A DNA stretch of 42,509 bases from positions 1 to 42,509 of the forward strand of contig JBCDMA010000001.1 in NCBI GenBank assembly GCA_038744645.1, given 5' to 3'. Origin of the DNA: Pseudomonadota bacterium (GTDB lineage: Bacteria > Pseudomonadota > Gammaproteobacteria > Enterobacterales > Alteromonadaceae). The notes under the pieces are model-generated. The model did no database searches. It was not told the DNA's origin and saw nothing but the letters and a program-made list of their open reading frames with translations. This document shows positions 21,125-29,873 of this stretch, piece after piece. Numbering within the stretch: the first letter of the stretch is position 1; each line of letters begins with the position of its first letter. The translations under genes were made by a program, and so were the position numbers.

Positions 21125-21345
21125 AAATAAAACTGTTAATAAAGTTAATAATCAATTAATTCAACTGCTTATAAGGTTAATTGCTCAAAGTATTCAAAGG
21201 ATTATTAACAACACAGTTAATTACACTGCTACTGTCTGTATTTAGTGATTTGGCAAAACATCTATTTGTTCTTGAAGATAAGTTTGGCTCGAACTTCTCC
21301 ATTACAGAACCGCAGTTGGTTGCTGAAACCTCGAGTCCAACCAAT

Positions 21346-21369
21346 AAAAAAGCCACGAAATCGTGGCTT
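21346..21369 (-). terminator. intrinsic terminator of the soluble chemoreceptor gene
   Basis: AGCCACG-4 nt-CGTGGCT stem followed by a T-tract on the minus strand. Confidence 0.8.
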
Positions 21370-21390
21370 GGGTTCAATTGTGGATTAGGT

Positions 21391-22467
21391 CTAATTTGCG
21401 AGTTGATTCAAAGTAGACATTAAGTTGTTACTGTGTTCTTCCATTTTGTTTAGTGCAGCTGATACCTTGTCAGCATTGTTTTCTTGATGTGCTTGCAGGG
21501 CATCTTTTGCTGCGCTTTGTACCATTTGTTGCTGTTGACCAACGCGTTTGAACACATCCGATTTGTTTAAATTTGCGTCTTTTTGGCTTTTGTACCATTG
21601 CTCAAGACGCGCAGTTGTATGGCCAGATAATTCACTTACGGATAGCGATTTATGGCCGCTTACTGCTGCATATACATCTGATTTCCATACAACGTGATCA
21701 AGCTTAATTGTTTGGACGAAAGAAGCGACAGAAGCCATCGAGATAGTCATCTTCATCTTTTGGCATGACTCTACAATCTTTCCATAACTTTGACTTAATT
21801 GTTGAAAACCTTCACTCAAACTATCGTTGTTGAGTTTTAGATCCGATGCTGAACTAACAGATTGTTTGGTTGAATGTATGATGCTTTTTACAAGATCTGA
21901 CACTTCATTTGCAGATTTATTTGTTTCATTTGCAAGTGCGCGAACCTCGTCTGCGACCACACTAAAACCGCGACCCGCATCCCCTGCTCTTGCAGCTTCT
22001 ATTGCTGCGTTTAATGCCAGTAAATTGGTCTGGTCTGAAATGCTTGTGATGGTCGTTACGAATTTATTGATGCTGTCTGCTGTCGCAGACAAGCCTGAAA
22101 TATTATCACTCATTTCAGACATCTTTGTGCTTACTATACTCATCTCAGTCGTGATTTTTGACAATGAATCATTTGATTCTGTAAACACAGTATCCATGCT
22201 ACTCAATTCAGCACTGTCGTCATGAATAGATTGATAAGCTGTCGCGACAGCCTCGCGGATATCATCTAGCTGTTTGAAGGATTGAACTATTGGGTCCATC
22301 AATGTATTGGCATTAGGCTTCGATGATTCGTAGCCTCTAATTCTGTCGGTTAAACTGGCGTTTTCGCTCTCAAGGAATGCAATCCTATCCTTAAGGTTTT
22401 GATTTTCTTCGGCAGAGTGCTTTATCGTTTTATCTGATTCTACTAACCGTTTTTTACTTACAAACAT
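21391..22467 (-). CDS. soluble chemoreceptor with degenerate C-terminal CZB domain
   Basis: No TM; MCP hairpin [26 protein letters not shown]; KLDHVVWK...RLEQWY CZB-like tail. Confidence 0.9.
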   Translation of the reverse strand: MFVSKKRLVESDKTIKHSAEENQNLKDRIAFLESENASLTDRIRGYESSKPNANTLMDPIVQSFKQLDDIREAVATAYQSIHDDSAELSSMDTVFTESNDSLSKITTEMSIVSTKMSEMSDNISGLSATADSINKFVTTITSISDQTNLLALNAAIEAARAGDAGRGFSVVADEVRALANETNKSANEVSDLVKSIIHSTKQSVSSASDLKLNNDSLSEGFQQLSQSYGKIVESCQKMKMTISMASVASFVQTIKLDHVVWKSDVYAAVSGHKSLSVSELSGHTTARLEQWYKSQKDANLNKSDVFKRVGQQQQMVQSAAKDALQAHQENNADKVSAALNKMEEHSNNLMSTLNQLAN

Positions 22468-22817
22468 TGCTTAATATTCTGTTTAAGGGCGTGTACATAT
22501 GTATCGACAATGAGAAGAGATACATAATATCGAATCGATAAAAAATCCCCAAAGCCGATACAAGAGTGTGTTACTTTATAGAATTTTGCAAATAACAATT
22601 TACATGCGTGTAACACCCTATTCGCTGGGAGGCTTCAGGCACTTTGCTAGTCCCTTGCAATGACAGATGCATCAGACTAGTATCGATTTAAGGCGTATCA
22701 TTTTCTCATTTTCATTCTTACGGCGTTGTCAGTTGCAGCATTAAAAGGTTATTCACATGAAACGAACTAACGCGAAATGAAATAGCACAAAACGACATTA
22801 AGATTAGGAGCGTTTGG

Positions 22818-23147
22818 ATGTCAAAAGATAACTGGCAAGTTTTTCAACTTTCTCAACTGCTAGATCAGGTCAAGCCAGGTGAAGTGATGTTTGACGAATT
22901 TCTGCACACCCCATCACTTAGCTGTTCTGTTTATCACGTACCCGCGGGTTCAAAAGAAATGCAAAGAGCGCATGTTGAGGATGAGCTCTATTATGTGCTC
23001 AAAGGAGCTGGTATGTTGCGTATTGAAGGTGACGAACACATTGTCCAAAGTGGCACTCTGCTTTACGTGAGAGCGGATTGTGACCACACGTTTTTCGAGG
23101 TCACAGAAGACCTTACTGTGCTAGCGTTCTTTGGTTCTGCCCGATAG
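22818..23147 (+). CDS. cupin domain protein
   Basis: AGGAG RBS; H..DELYYVLKG.G and G..LYV.A...H.F motifs. Confidence 0.85.
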   Translation: MSKDNWQVFQLSQLLDQVKPGEVMFDEFLHTPSLSCSVYHVPAGSKEMQRAHVEDELYYVLKGAGMLRIEGDEHIVQSGTLLYVRADCDHTFFEVTEDLTVLAFFGSAR

Positions 23148-23253
23148 CGTGTTGTTGACGTTTCATATTATGGTCACAAGTTAGCATAACTACTATGTGA
23201 ATACGTCTGTTATAGATTTGTTCTATACAAAGCGATACATCCTGATTGTCCGC

Positions 23254-25677
23254 TCATGAGCTAGCAAGGGTGTTGGATATAATATGCGATTGCTGGGTGC
23301 AGTATTTATCTTCAAAGCTATTCACTGACATCGGTTTTTCAAAACAGTAGCCTTGCACCAAATCCACACCATTCCCCGTCACCCATTGCAATTGCTCTTC
23401 GGTTTCGACGCCCTCGGCCACAATGGTCAAGGAGAAGTTCTGAGACAGCTGGATGATTGCATTGACGAGATTATTACTGCGTTCATTCTTTCCTAGATCC
23501 GAAACAAAACTCCTATCAATTTTGAGTTTCTGAATGGGTAGATCTTTCAAGTAACTTAAGGATGAATACCCCGTGCCAAAATCATCCAGCGCAAATCGAA
23601 TGCCCAATTCACCAAGTTGTTTAATCTTTTCAATGGTGTCTTCTTTGTTTTCCAATGCGGCACTTTCTGTGATTTCAAATTCCAACAGTCTTCCTGATAC
23701 ACCATAGTGTCTAAGCATAAACTCCATTGCATCTACAAAATCTGGTTGAGCAATCTGCTTAACACTTAAATTAACCGCCAAGACAAATCCATCCGGAAGC
23801 GTTCCCAAATCGAGTTGTTTGCGCAGAAACTCGATGGTTTGTCGGATGAGGTCCTCCCCTACTTCAACAATCAAGCCACTTTCTTCCAAAAATGGGATGA
23901 ATTGGAGCGGCGGTACATCTTCATCGTCACGACGCCAACGCATCAACACTTCAGCGCATTTCAGCAGTGTTCCGTCACTGGAGAAGATCGGCTGCAAATC
24001 AAAGTAAAATTCATTGTTTGCAATAGCGTCTTTGACACCGAGTTCCATTTTCAGAATTGATGCCGCCCTGGCAGCCATGTTGCCTTCAAACACAGTTATC
24101 CTGTTTTTGCCCTGGCGTTTTGCTTCACACATTGCTGTTTTTGCTTGCTGGATGACGAGGTTTGCATCACATGGATGCTCGTAGCAAACGACACCGATAC
24201 TGGCCGATAAGCTATAGGTGATGTTTTGTACGGTGATGGGTTTATTAATGCACTTACGCACGGATTCAGCGAGTTGCTTACAACGCACGTTTGCGTTTGA
24301 ATCATCGACAAGCGCTTCAGGGAAAACACAAAAGAATTCATCACCGCTTAGTCTAGCAACTGTGCTTTCCGGTGAAAATGTCTTCGATAAGTTTTGCGCG
24401 ATAGTGCTGATGATAGTATCACCAAGTTGATAGCCAAGTGACTCGTTTAGACGTCTAAAGTTATCAATATCCACCAATACCGCGATCCCTTTGGATGTTC
24501 CTTTTTTACTGTCATCGGAAAACAGTTTTGTGACTTTGTTTCGGTTAGGCAAGCCAGTGAGCGGGTCAAAAAACGCCAGATACTCTACCTTTTCTTCTGC
24601 CTCAATCCGCGCTGAAACATCCGTTGCTGTTATAAGCACGCTCTCATCACGGCCACTTATATACTTTATGAGCAGAAGATTCAGTGTTTGCTCTTGTCTA
24701 CTGGCGTTTTTTACCTTGATTACCTGCTCATACCTCAACTCACAACTTCTAATGAAGTTAGTTATGGCGCAGTACAAATCGCTATCAATGGGTGAAACCA
24801 CATCAAATATATGACTGTCTTTTATGGTGCTGATTGAGCGGTTTAGGAAGATGGATGTAGCGTTATTGGCAAAGACGATGTTTTGTTGATGATTAATCGC
24901 AAAAACAACGGCATCTGTGGTGTCTAATATAAGGCGCAAGTGTTGATGCCTTTCATCCAAAAGCAATCGGCTATCAGCGATTGTCGTCAACATTTTATTT
25001 GCTGCATCTACGATGAGACTAAACTCATCTTCAGGGTTATTACTTATATGCGGAAGCTGATGTTTGATATTGTTCTTTGCGCTTAGACTGTAAAAATGAT
25101 CGGCAAGCGTTTTAAGCGGATTGGCAAGGGTGTAATGATAGAGTGTGCCCAGTGTTATGGTCAGCGCACCTAAACTGAGTAAACTGAGTAAAAAATTAAA
25201 CACAGTACGATCGTAAAGATCTGCGAGCGCAGCATGGTTATTGATGGCAACCGTTATTACCCCTACATTTTTTGTTTCGCCGTTTATTTCTTTTGTTAGA
25301 GGTAGGTTGCGCTCTTCAACATGGTCCACGAAAAGTGAAAGAAAGGCACGTTCAAGTACTCCTTGATGCCGCAGCGAATTATTGTACTCAGACAATACAG
25401 CACCGTACTCAGTCGTAATTGACGCACTTGCTAAGAAATCATGGTGCGCTAATCCTTTCATTAGCAATTCGGCATCACTTGTTGACGCCCTCCAAGCAAC
25501 CTCGGATGCAGAAGCTAACGTGGTCTCTAAAATGCTTTCGACATTTTCAGATACAAGTTTACTCTGCTGCTTCGCATCTAGGATCATCTTCAGCACTGAC
25601 ATTGCGATGGCAAACCCCAAACAAATGATTGCAGTGCGAATTAGCAGACTGAAAGTTAAATTATAATGATGTTTCAT
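23254..25677 (-). CDS. membrane-bound PAS-GGDEF-EAL protein
   Basis: Two TMs, HAMP-like and PAS-like segments, DPLTGLPNR, SGDEF, EVLMRW and [10 protein letters not shown]. Confidence 0.92.
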   Translation of the reverse strand: MKHHYNLTFSLLIRTAIICLGFAIAMSVLKMILDAKQQSKLVSENVESILETTLASASEVAWRASTSDAELLMKGLAHHDFLASASITTEYGAVLSEYNNSLRHQGVLERAFLSLFVDHVEERNLPLTKEINGETKNVGVITVAINNHAALADLYDRTVFNFLLSLLSLGALTITLGTLYHYTLANPLKTLADHFYSLSAKNNIKHQLPHISNNPEDEFSLIVDAANKMLTTIADSRLLLDERHQHLRLILDTTDAVVFAINHQQNIVFANNATSIFLNRSISTIKDSHIFDVVSPIDSDLYCAITNFIRSCELRYEQVIKVKNASRQEQTLNLLLIKYISGRDESVLITATDVSARIEAEEKVEYLAFFDPLTGLPNRNKVTKLFSDDSKKGTSKGIAVLVDIDNFRRLNESLGYQLGDTIISTIAQNLSKTFSPESTVARLSGDEFFCVFPEALVDDSNANVRCKQLAESVRKCINKPITVQNITYSLSASIGVVCYEHPCDANLVIQQAKTAMCEAKRQGKNRITVFEGNMAARAASILKMELGVKDAIANNEFYFDLQPIFSSDGTLLKCAEVLMRWRRDDEDVPPLQFIPFLEESGLIVEVGEDLIRQTIEFLRKQLDLGTLPDGFVLAVNLSVKQIAQPDFVDAMEFMLRHYGVSGRLLEFEITESAALENKEDTIEKIKQLGELGIRFALDDFGTGYSSLSYLKDLPIQKLKIDRSFVSDLGKNERSNNLVNAIIQLSQNFSLTIVAEGVETEEQLQWVTGNGVDLVQGYCFEKPMSVNSFEDKYCTQQSHIISNTLASS

Positions 25678-25765
25678 TTAAGCCATTTTTCGTAGGCCAA
25701 CGGATAAAAAGATGAAAAGTAAAAAACACACTTTTTGTGAGATTTACTGCTGCGTATTAGAAGAA

Positions 25766-25792
25766 GTATCGAATATTTGGATAAAAACTTTA
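25766..25792 (-). promoter_or_regulatory. putative sigma28 promoter of the GGDEF-EAL gene
   Basis: Minus strand TAAAGTTT-N11-TTCGATAC, with a perfect extended -35. Confidence 0.6.
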
Positions 25793-26023
25793 TTTTTTCA
25801 TACAAAAGTCTGAGCTATCGTTGATGAGTGAGGTTTACGAATGGCTAAAAATGCAGGATAGACGATGGACGAAATCCATCATCTCTGCGGTTTGATTTAC
25901 CGAAAATCGTTATAAAAATGCGCTGTGTAAATGGGGCTCGACAGACGCATTTAACGGTCTTGTTATTTGATTTGTTGTGCGTTCCTCAATGTGTGCACGT
26001 GAAACGTAACGAAAAATAAAACG

Positions 26024-26509
26024 CTACAGCGCTAACATACCTTTAATCTCTGTCGCGCTGTCGGCAATTGTTATCGCTTCTATTCGACCCTCGTTTAATT
26101 TTACTACAGTAGTCTTGTCATCTTCGCGCGGGATAGATACCAATTGCTCTTTATCTCTTGCCAGTGCAATGGAGTATGGCAATTTTTGTAATCGTGGCAT
26201 GGCAATGAATTTTGAAATCAAGCCGGGCATGCCACTAATGTCAGCAAAAAACTGTATACCTGCATTATTCATTGATTCGGCAGTTTGCCCATCCAGTGCA
26301 TCTCTCGCAATATTGGTGCCATCCATATCATGTGCAAAAAGCAGCCATTTTGTGTCCGTTTGCAATTGCTGCGTCTGTTCAAATTGATCTTTAAGTGCAG
26401 GCAGTATTATTTCATCCCCGATCTTAACGTTTGCAAGCGACGATAACGAAATGCCAATTAGCATTGAAACAAGGGCGAACATCCGAAAGACAGTACGTAG
26501 TGATTTCAT
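26024..26509 (-). CDS. secreted hypothetical protein, possibly thioredoxin-like without Cys
   Basis: GGGAG RBS before ATG 26509; signal peptide; KIGD..LKDQF and ADISGMPGLI motifs. Confidence 0.7.
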   Translation of the reverse strand: MKSLRTVFRMFALVSMLIGISLSSLANVKIGDEIILPALKDQFEQTQQLQTDTKWLLFAHDMDGTNIARDALDGQTAESMNNAGIQFFADISGMPGLISKFIAMPRLQKLPYSIALARDKEQLVSIPREDDKTTVVKLNEGRIEAITIADSATEIKGMLAL

Positions 26510-26752
26510 GTTATTGCTCCCTAAAACTCTTTTATACGTGCGTAAGCGTATTTGGTCCGCTGAAATCAAAAAAAGTTACAAGAACTATTTCTAAAGCCCA
26601 TATCTCTTATGGTAAAGGTGAGTATGGAATACAGAATATCGAAGAGTATAACGAGTAGTTCTATCGGAGTCGGTATCGATACTTAACGGATCTAATAATT
26701 TGATAGAAATGGGAGGTTTTTGACGAGGCCAATGTGTTGTAATGCGCTTGTC

Positions 26753-26917
26753 CTACTTTTTTAGCAAGTCAAAACAAGGGCACTTTTTACAGCGTTTAGA
26801 TTCTGATTTCCTATACTTTTTACAGCATTTCTTTTTGAGTTTTGATGCTTTATTTGTCTTTGATATTTTAACTGCGCACTTCACCTTAGTTTCTTTGTCT
26901 TTTTTTCTTTTTCCCAT
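26753..26917 (-). CDS. 54-aa Lys-rich, Cys-rich protein with CC-x10-C-x2-C motif (not in ORF track)
   Basis: Hand translation: MGKRKKDKETKVKCAVKISKTNKASKLKKKCCKKYRKSESKRCKKCPCFDLLKK*. The RBS is weak (AGGT). Confidence 0.65.
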   Translation of the reverse strand: MGKRKKDKETKVKCAVKISKTNKASKLKKKCCKKYRKSESKRCKKCPCFDLLKK

Positions 26918-27210
26918 AAAGTGCGACCTGTAAGCCTTTTATTCCTTTTCGTGAAATTCGTAAAAGAGTTTTGAGTACTTTTTGAAATGACATTGACCGT
27001 GCGTTTGTTGTCTTAACACACGCATGAGATAAGTATACATTAATAGCGCACAGAAATGCGTCAGTAAGCGGCAGTATTGGGCGTCTTAGAAATATGTAAG
27101 ACCCATTCGAGAGTATATCGACTAAAAACTTCAAATACCGTGTCATTGCTAACACGGTATCGTTAAATTGACTATAAACGGCGTGCGAATACAAACATCT
27201 AAATAAAAAG

Positions 27211-27471
27211 CTATTTTTTGCTTTTTGTAACGTTACCAAATCGTCGGTTAAAGTTTGCTATTCGTCCTTCAGACTGAATCACCTGTTGTTTACCAGTATA
27301 AAATGGGTGAGATGCTGATGAAGTTTCGACCGTGTAATAAGGGTATGTTTTACCGTCTTTCCATTCTAATGTTCGACTGGTCTTAAGCGTTGAGCCAATA
27401 AGAAAATACTCGTCAACACTGGTGTCGTGGAATATGACGGTGCGATATTCAGGATGAATTCCTTGTTTCAT
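27211..27471 (-). CDS. rpmE2: type B (zinc-free) 50S ribosomal protein L31
   Basis: [12 protein letters not shown] and [10 protein letters not shown] motifs; 86 aa with no Cys. Confidence 0.95.
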   Translation of the reverse strand: MKQGIHPEYRTVIFHDTSVDEYFLIGSTLKTSRTLEWKDGKTYPYYTVETSSASHPFYTGKQQVIQSEGRIANFNRRFGNVTKSKK

Positions 27472-27507
27472 TGAGTTACCAAATAACGTTTAACTTAAAA
27501 AGGTCGT

Positions 27508-27537
27508 AATAGTAATTATTCTCATTGATAAAGTAAA
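27508..27537 (-). promoter_or_regulatory. sigma70 promoter of rpmE2 overlapped by a Fur-like box
   Basis: Minus strand TTTACT-N17-TACTAT. The box AATGAGAATAATTACTATT (27526-27508) matches AATGATAATNATTATCATT at 15/18. Confidence 0.7.
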
Positions 27538-27817
27538 TAGTTCAGCTTGCCTTTGTAGCTCTATAGGTAAAATATCGCAATTTATAATAATGAATGTGTG
27601 TCCTCCGTTTTCAATATCGGACAATGTGTAACATCATCATTAATGCTTAAAGAAACAGGGATGAAAATCAAAAACACGCGTGATCTTCGACTCCTTATTG
27701 ATCGTTGCATGCCCTTAAACGATTCAAAAATGTACCTTATTTTAACTATCCATGCAGATAGCATGTCGCGTTGACGTATTTTGGACTTACAATGAGATTA
27801 TGAAGTTATTAAATACA

Positions 27818-27858
27818 ACTGATTATCATTTGCATTAAATCGAATAACGAACTATCAT
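27818..27858 (+). promoter_or_regulatory. sigma70 promoter of ykgO overlapped by a Fur-like box
   Basis: TTGCAT(27830)-N17-TATCAT(27853). The box ACTGATTATCATTTGCATT (27818-36) matches at 14/18 and covers the -35. Confidence 0.7.
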
Positions 27859-27889
27859 CCACGTTTCATTCACTAAGGACATTTAAAAA

Positions 27890-28030
27890 ATGCAAGTATT
27901 AAGTTCTTTGAAAAGTGCGAAAAGTCGACATCCTGATTGTCAGATCGTAAAGCGACGTGGTCGTCTTTATGTCATATGCAAATCCAATCCTAGATTTAAA
28001 GCCGTTCAAGGAAAGAAAAAGAAGAAATAG
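27890..28030 (+). CDS. ykgO: type B 50S ribosomal protein L36 (not in ORF track)
   Basis: Hand translation: [46 protein letters not shown]; AAGGA RBS. Confidence 0.95.
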   Translation: MQVLSSLKSAKSRHPDCQIVKRRGRLYVICKSNPRFKAVQGKKKKK

Positions 28031-28038
28031 GTTTATCT

Positions 28039-28108
28039 CGCTTGGCTTCAATCCAAGCGCGCGTGTTTTTGGGGTGTCAGGCCCCCAAAAACGCGCATCC
28101 TTCTTTTT
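28039..28108 (+). terminator. tandem hairpins after ykgO (terminator or attenuator-like)
   Basis: CGCTTGG-7 nt-CCAAGCG, then GCGTGTTTTTGGGG-8 nt-CCCCAAAAACGCGC, then ATCCTTCTTTTT. Confidence 0.6.
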
Positions 28109-28163
28109 AGATTGATTCCGACGGCAGCTTCTAAAAACACTATCATGCCCATCAAGGAATTCT

Positions 28164-29408
28164 ATGAAACGCATTCCGGTAACAATCCTTAACGGCTTTC
28201 TTGGTTCGGGCAAGACTACCCTTTTACGTAGCCTCCTATATCAATGTAAAGATGATGCATCTCACCCTTCTGTGATTGTTAACGATATGAGCGAACTCGA
28301 TGTTGATGGCGTGCTCATCGGAAATACACCAGTAATGGATGCTGATTTAGGTAACTTTATTACCATCAGTGGCGCTAGCATTAGCAGTAGTCAAGGGCTA
28401 CGACGATTAGACACAGCATTGAAACAGTTGTTAAAGACAAGTAGACCTCCTTGGATAATTATAGAAACTTCAGGTAGCTCTCACCCACTTCCACTTACTC
28501 AATACTTTAAAAAACAGAAACGTTTCCTATTAAATGGCATAATCACTTTGATTGATGCTACTTGGATGATGCAAGAATATGACAGCGGTAGGCGGCTGTT
28601 ATCAAAATGGCAAAATAATTTGCAATCAAATATAAGGGGCATTGAAAATCTGCTGGCTGAGCAAATGCTCTTTTCCACGCTTGTGGTGCTTACAAAAAGC
28701 GACAAATTGCAGCAAGATCAGCTAAAAATCATCGGTGAGTCGCTTCACCCTATAAATCCATACATCTCAATTTCCGCCGTGGCGTGGGGGAAAATCGCTT
28801 CAAAATCTCTAAAGGACATGCCTGAATACAATTACCACCTGGTGGATAATCTAGTTCAAGAACTGAGTGGTGAAATTGATAAACCCCTTCAAATATATGG
28901 AAGGAACAATCAACAACTTGTCGCCAGAGTGATACAAGATGATAGGCCGTTTCACCCTCTTCGTTTGTGGGACGTCTGTCACAATCATTTGACGCAAGGT
29001 GTGTTTCGAAGCAAAGGCTTTTTCTGGTTGCCTACGAGGGACGATGTTGCACTGCTGTGGAGTCAAGCCACAGGCAATATGGGACTTGAAATTGTCGGTT
29101 TCTGGCGAGCGACAATTTTTGATGATCCCGATGAAAAATTTACTGATGAACACCGAGAGATTTTTCGCAAAAAAATTGAAAAGGTCGAAAGCAGGTTTGG
29201 AGATCGCCGATGCCGATTGACAATAATAGGTCAACAAGATGATGTCGGTGCTTTTGAGGATGCGTTAAAAAGGTGTTTTCTTACCGAAGAAGAATTGATG
29301 ACATGGCAACAAGGCAATGATTTTATCGATCCGTGGCCAAAAAAAGTAGCGAAGCTTGATTCAAGCATGGACGGTTTGGATGGTAAGTATCTCTCATCAA
29401 GAATTTGA
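28164..29408 (+). CDS. COG0523/CobW-family G3E GTPase lacking the CXCC motif
   Basis: GFLGSGKTT, NDMSE, ETSG and TKSD motifs; CobW_C (RPFHP.RL, RSKGFFW, FGDRR). Confidence 0.9.
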   Translation: MKRIPVTILNGFLGSGKTTLLRSLLYQCKDDASHPSVIVNDMSELDVDGVLIGNTPVMDADLGNFITISGASISSSQGLRRLDTALKQLLKTSRPPWIIIETSGSSHPLPLTQYFKKQKRFLLNGIITLIDATWMMQEYDSGRRLLSKWQNNLQSNIRGIENLLAEQMLFSTLVVLTKSDKLQQDQLKIIGESLHPINPYISISAVAWGKIASKSLKDMPEYNYHLVDNLVQELSGEIDKPLQIYGRNNQQLVARVIQDDRPFHPLRLWDVCHNHLTQGVFRSKGFFWLPTRDDVALLWSQATGNMGLEIVGFWRATIFDDPDEKFTDEHREIFRKKIEKVESRFGDRRCRLTIIGQQDDVGAFEDALKRCFLTEEELMTWQQGNDFIDPWPKKVAKLDSSMDGLDGKYLSSRI

Positions 29409-29873
29409 TTTGCGCCCCAATTCTCCCGTTCTATTTTTCTCCTTGGTTCCCACTGCGATCATTGTGTTTCGCGCGTTGTGAGTGGATTGGCTCACTAGGC
29501 GTATTTGTCACAACGCAAATACCACGGCATTTGCTATTTAAATTCAAAAAGATATTGTATTTAACTCAACCAATATAAATGCGTATCCATTCTCATACCT
29601 ATACATGGGTTATAATATTCAAGGTTTTCTACCAGATGTTTTAATCCACTTAATTGAGTGGTGTATCAATCAAATCGGTCGCTAGAAACTGTGTGGCGAA
29701 CAACAAGATGGACTGGACACATCATTCGATGTTAACCGCCGTTTGGTCAGAATGCTTATCTGACAAATGCGAATTGAAACACTCTTTCGCTGCTCGGCGG
29801 ATTTATTAATGTAGTACACGTAGTGCTTTCTCAGGAAGAAGAAGCGGTTTTAATAAAAAGAGGAGTAGGTCAA

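Noticed and set aside
21177-21423. Two short ORFs next to dif
   Set aside because: No RBS or motifs, and they run through a terminator hairpin
22501-22527. sigma28 promoter for the soluble chemoreceptor (GTCGATAC -10 on the minus strand)
   Set aside because: The -35 at the right spacing (TTAT) is too weak to call
22609-22680. Possible c-di-GMP-I riboswitch upstream of the soluble chemoreceptor (GGGAC..GCAAAG on the minus strand)
   Set aside because: It lacks the GGCAAAC/GAAA-tetraloop architecture; an Infernal scan would settle it
26886-27239. 117-aa ORF overlapping the rpmE2 end, and 63-aa antisense ORF 26742-26933
   Set aside because: Neither has family features; the 54-aa Cys-motif frame explains the region better
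27623-27642. Possible Zur box AATGTGTAACATCATCATT in the rpmE2-ykgO spacer
   Set aside because: Only the ends match the Zur palindrome, and it is far from both predicted promoters
27899-28213. 104-aa minus-strand ORF
   Set aside because: Antisense shadow of ykgO and the GTPase start
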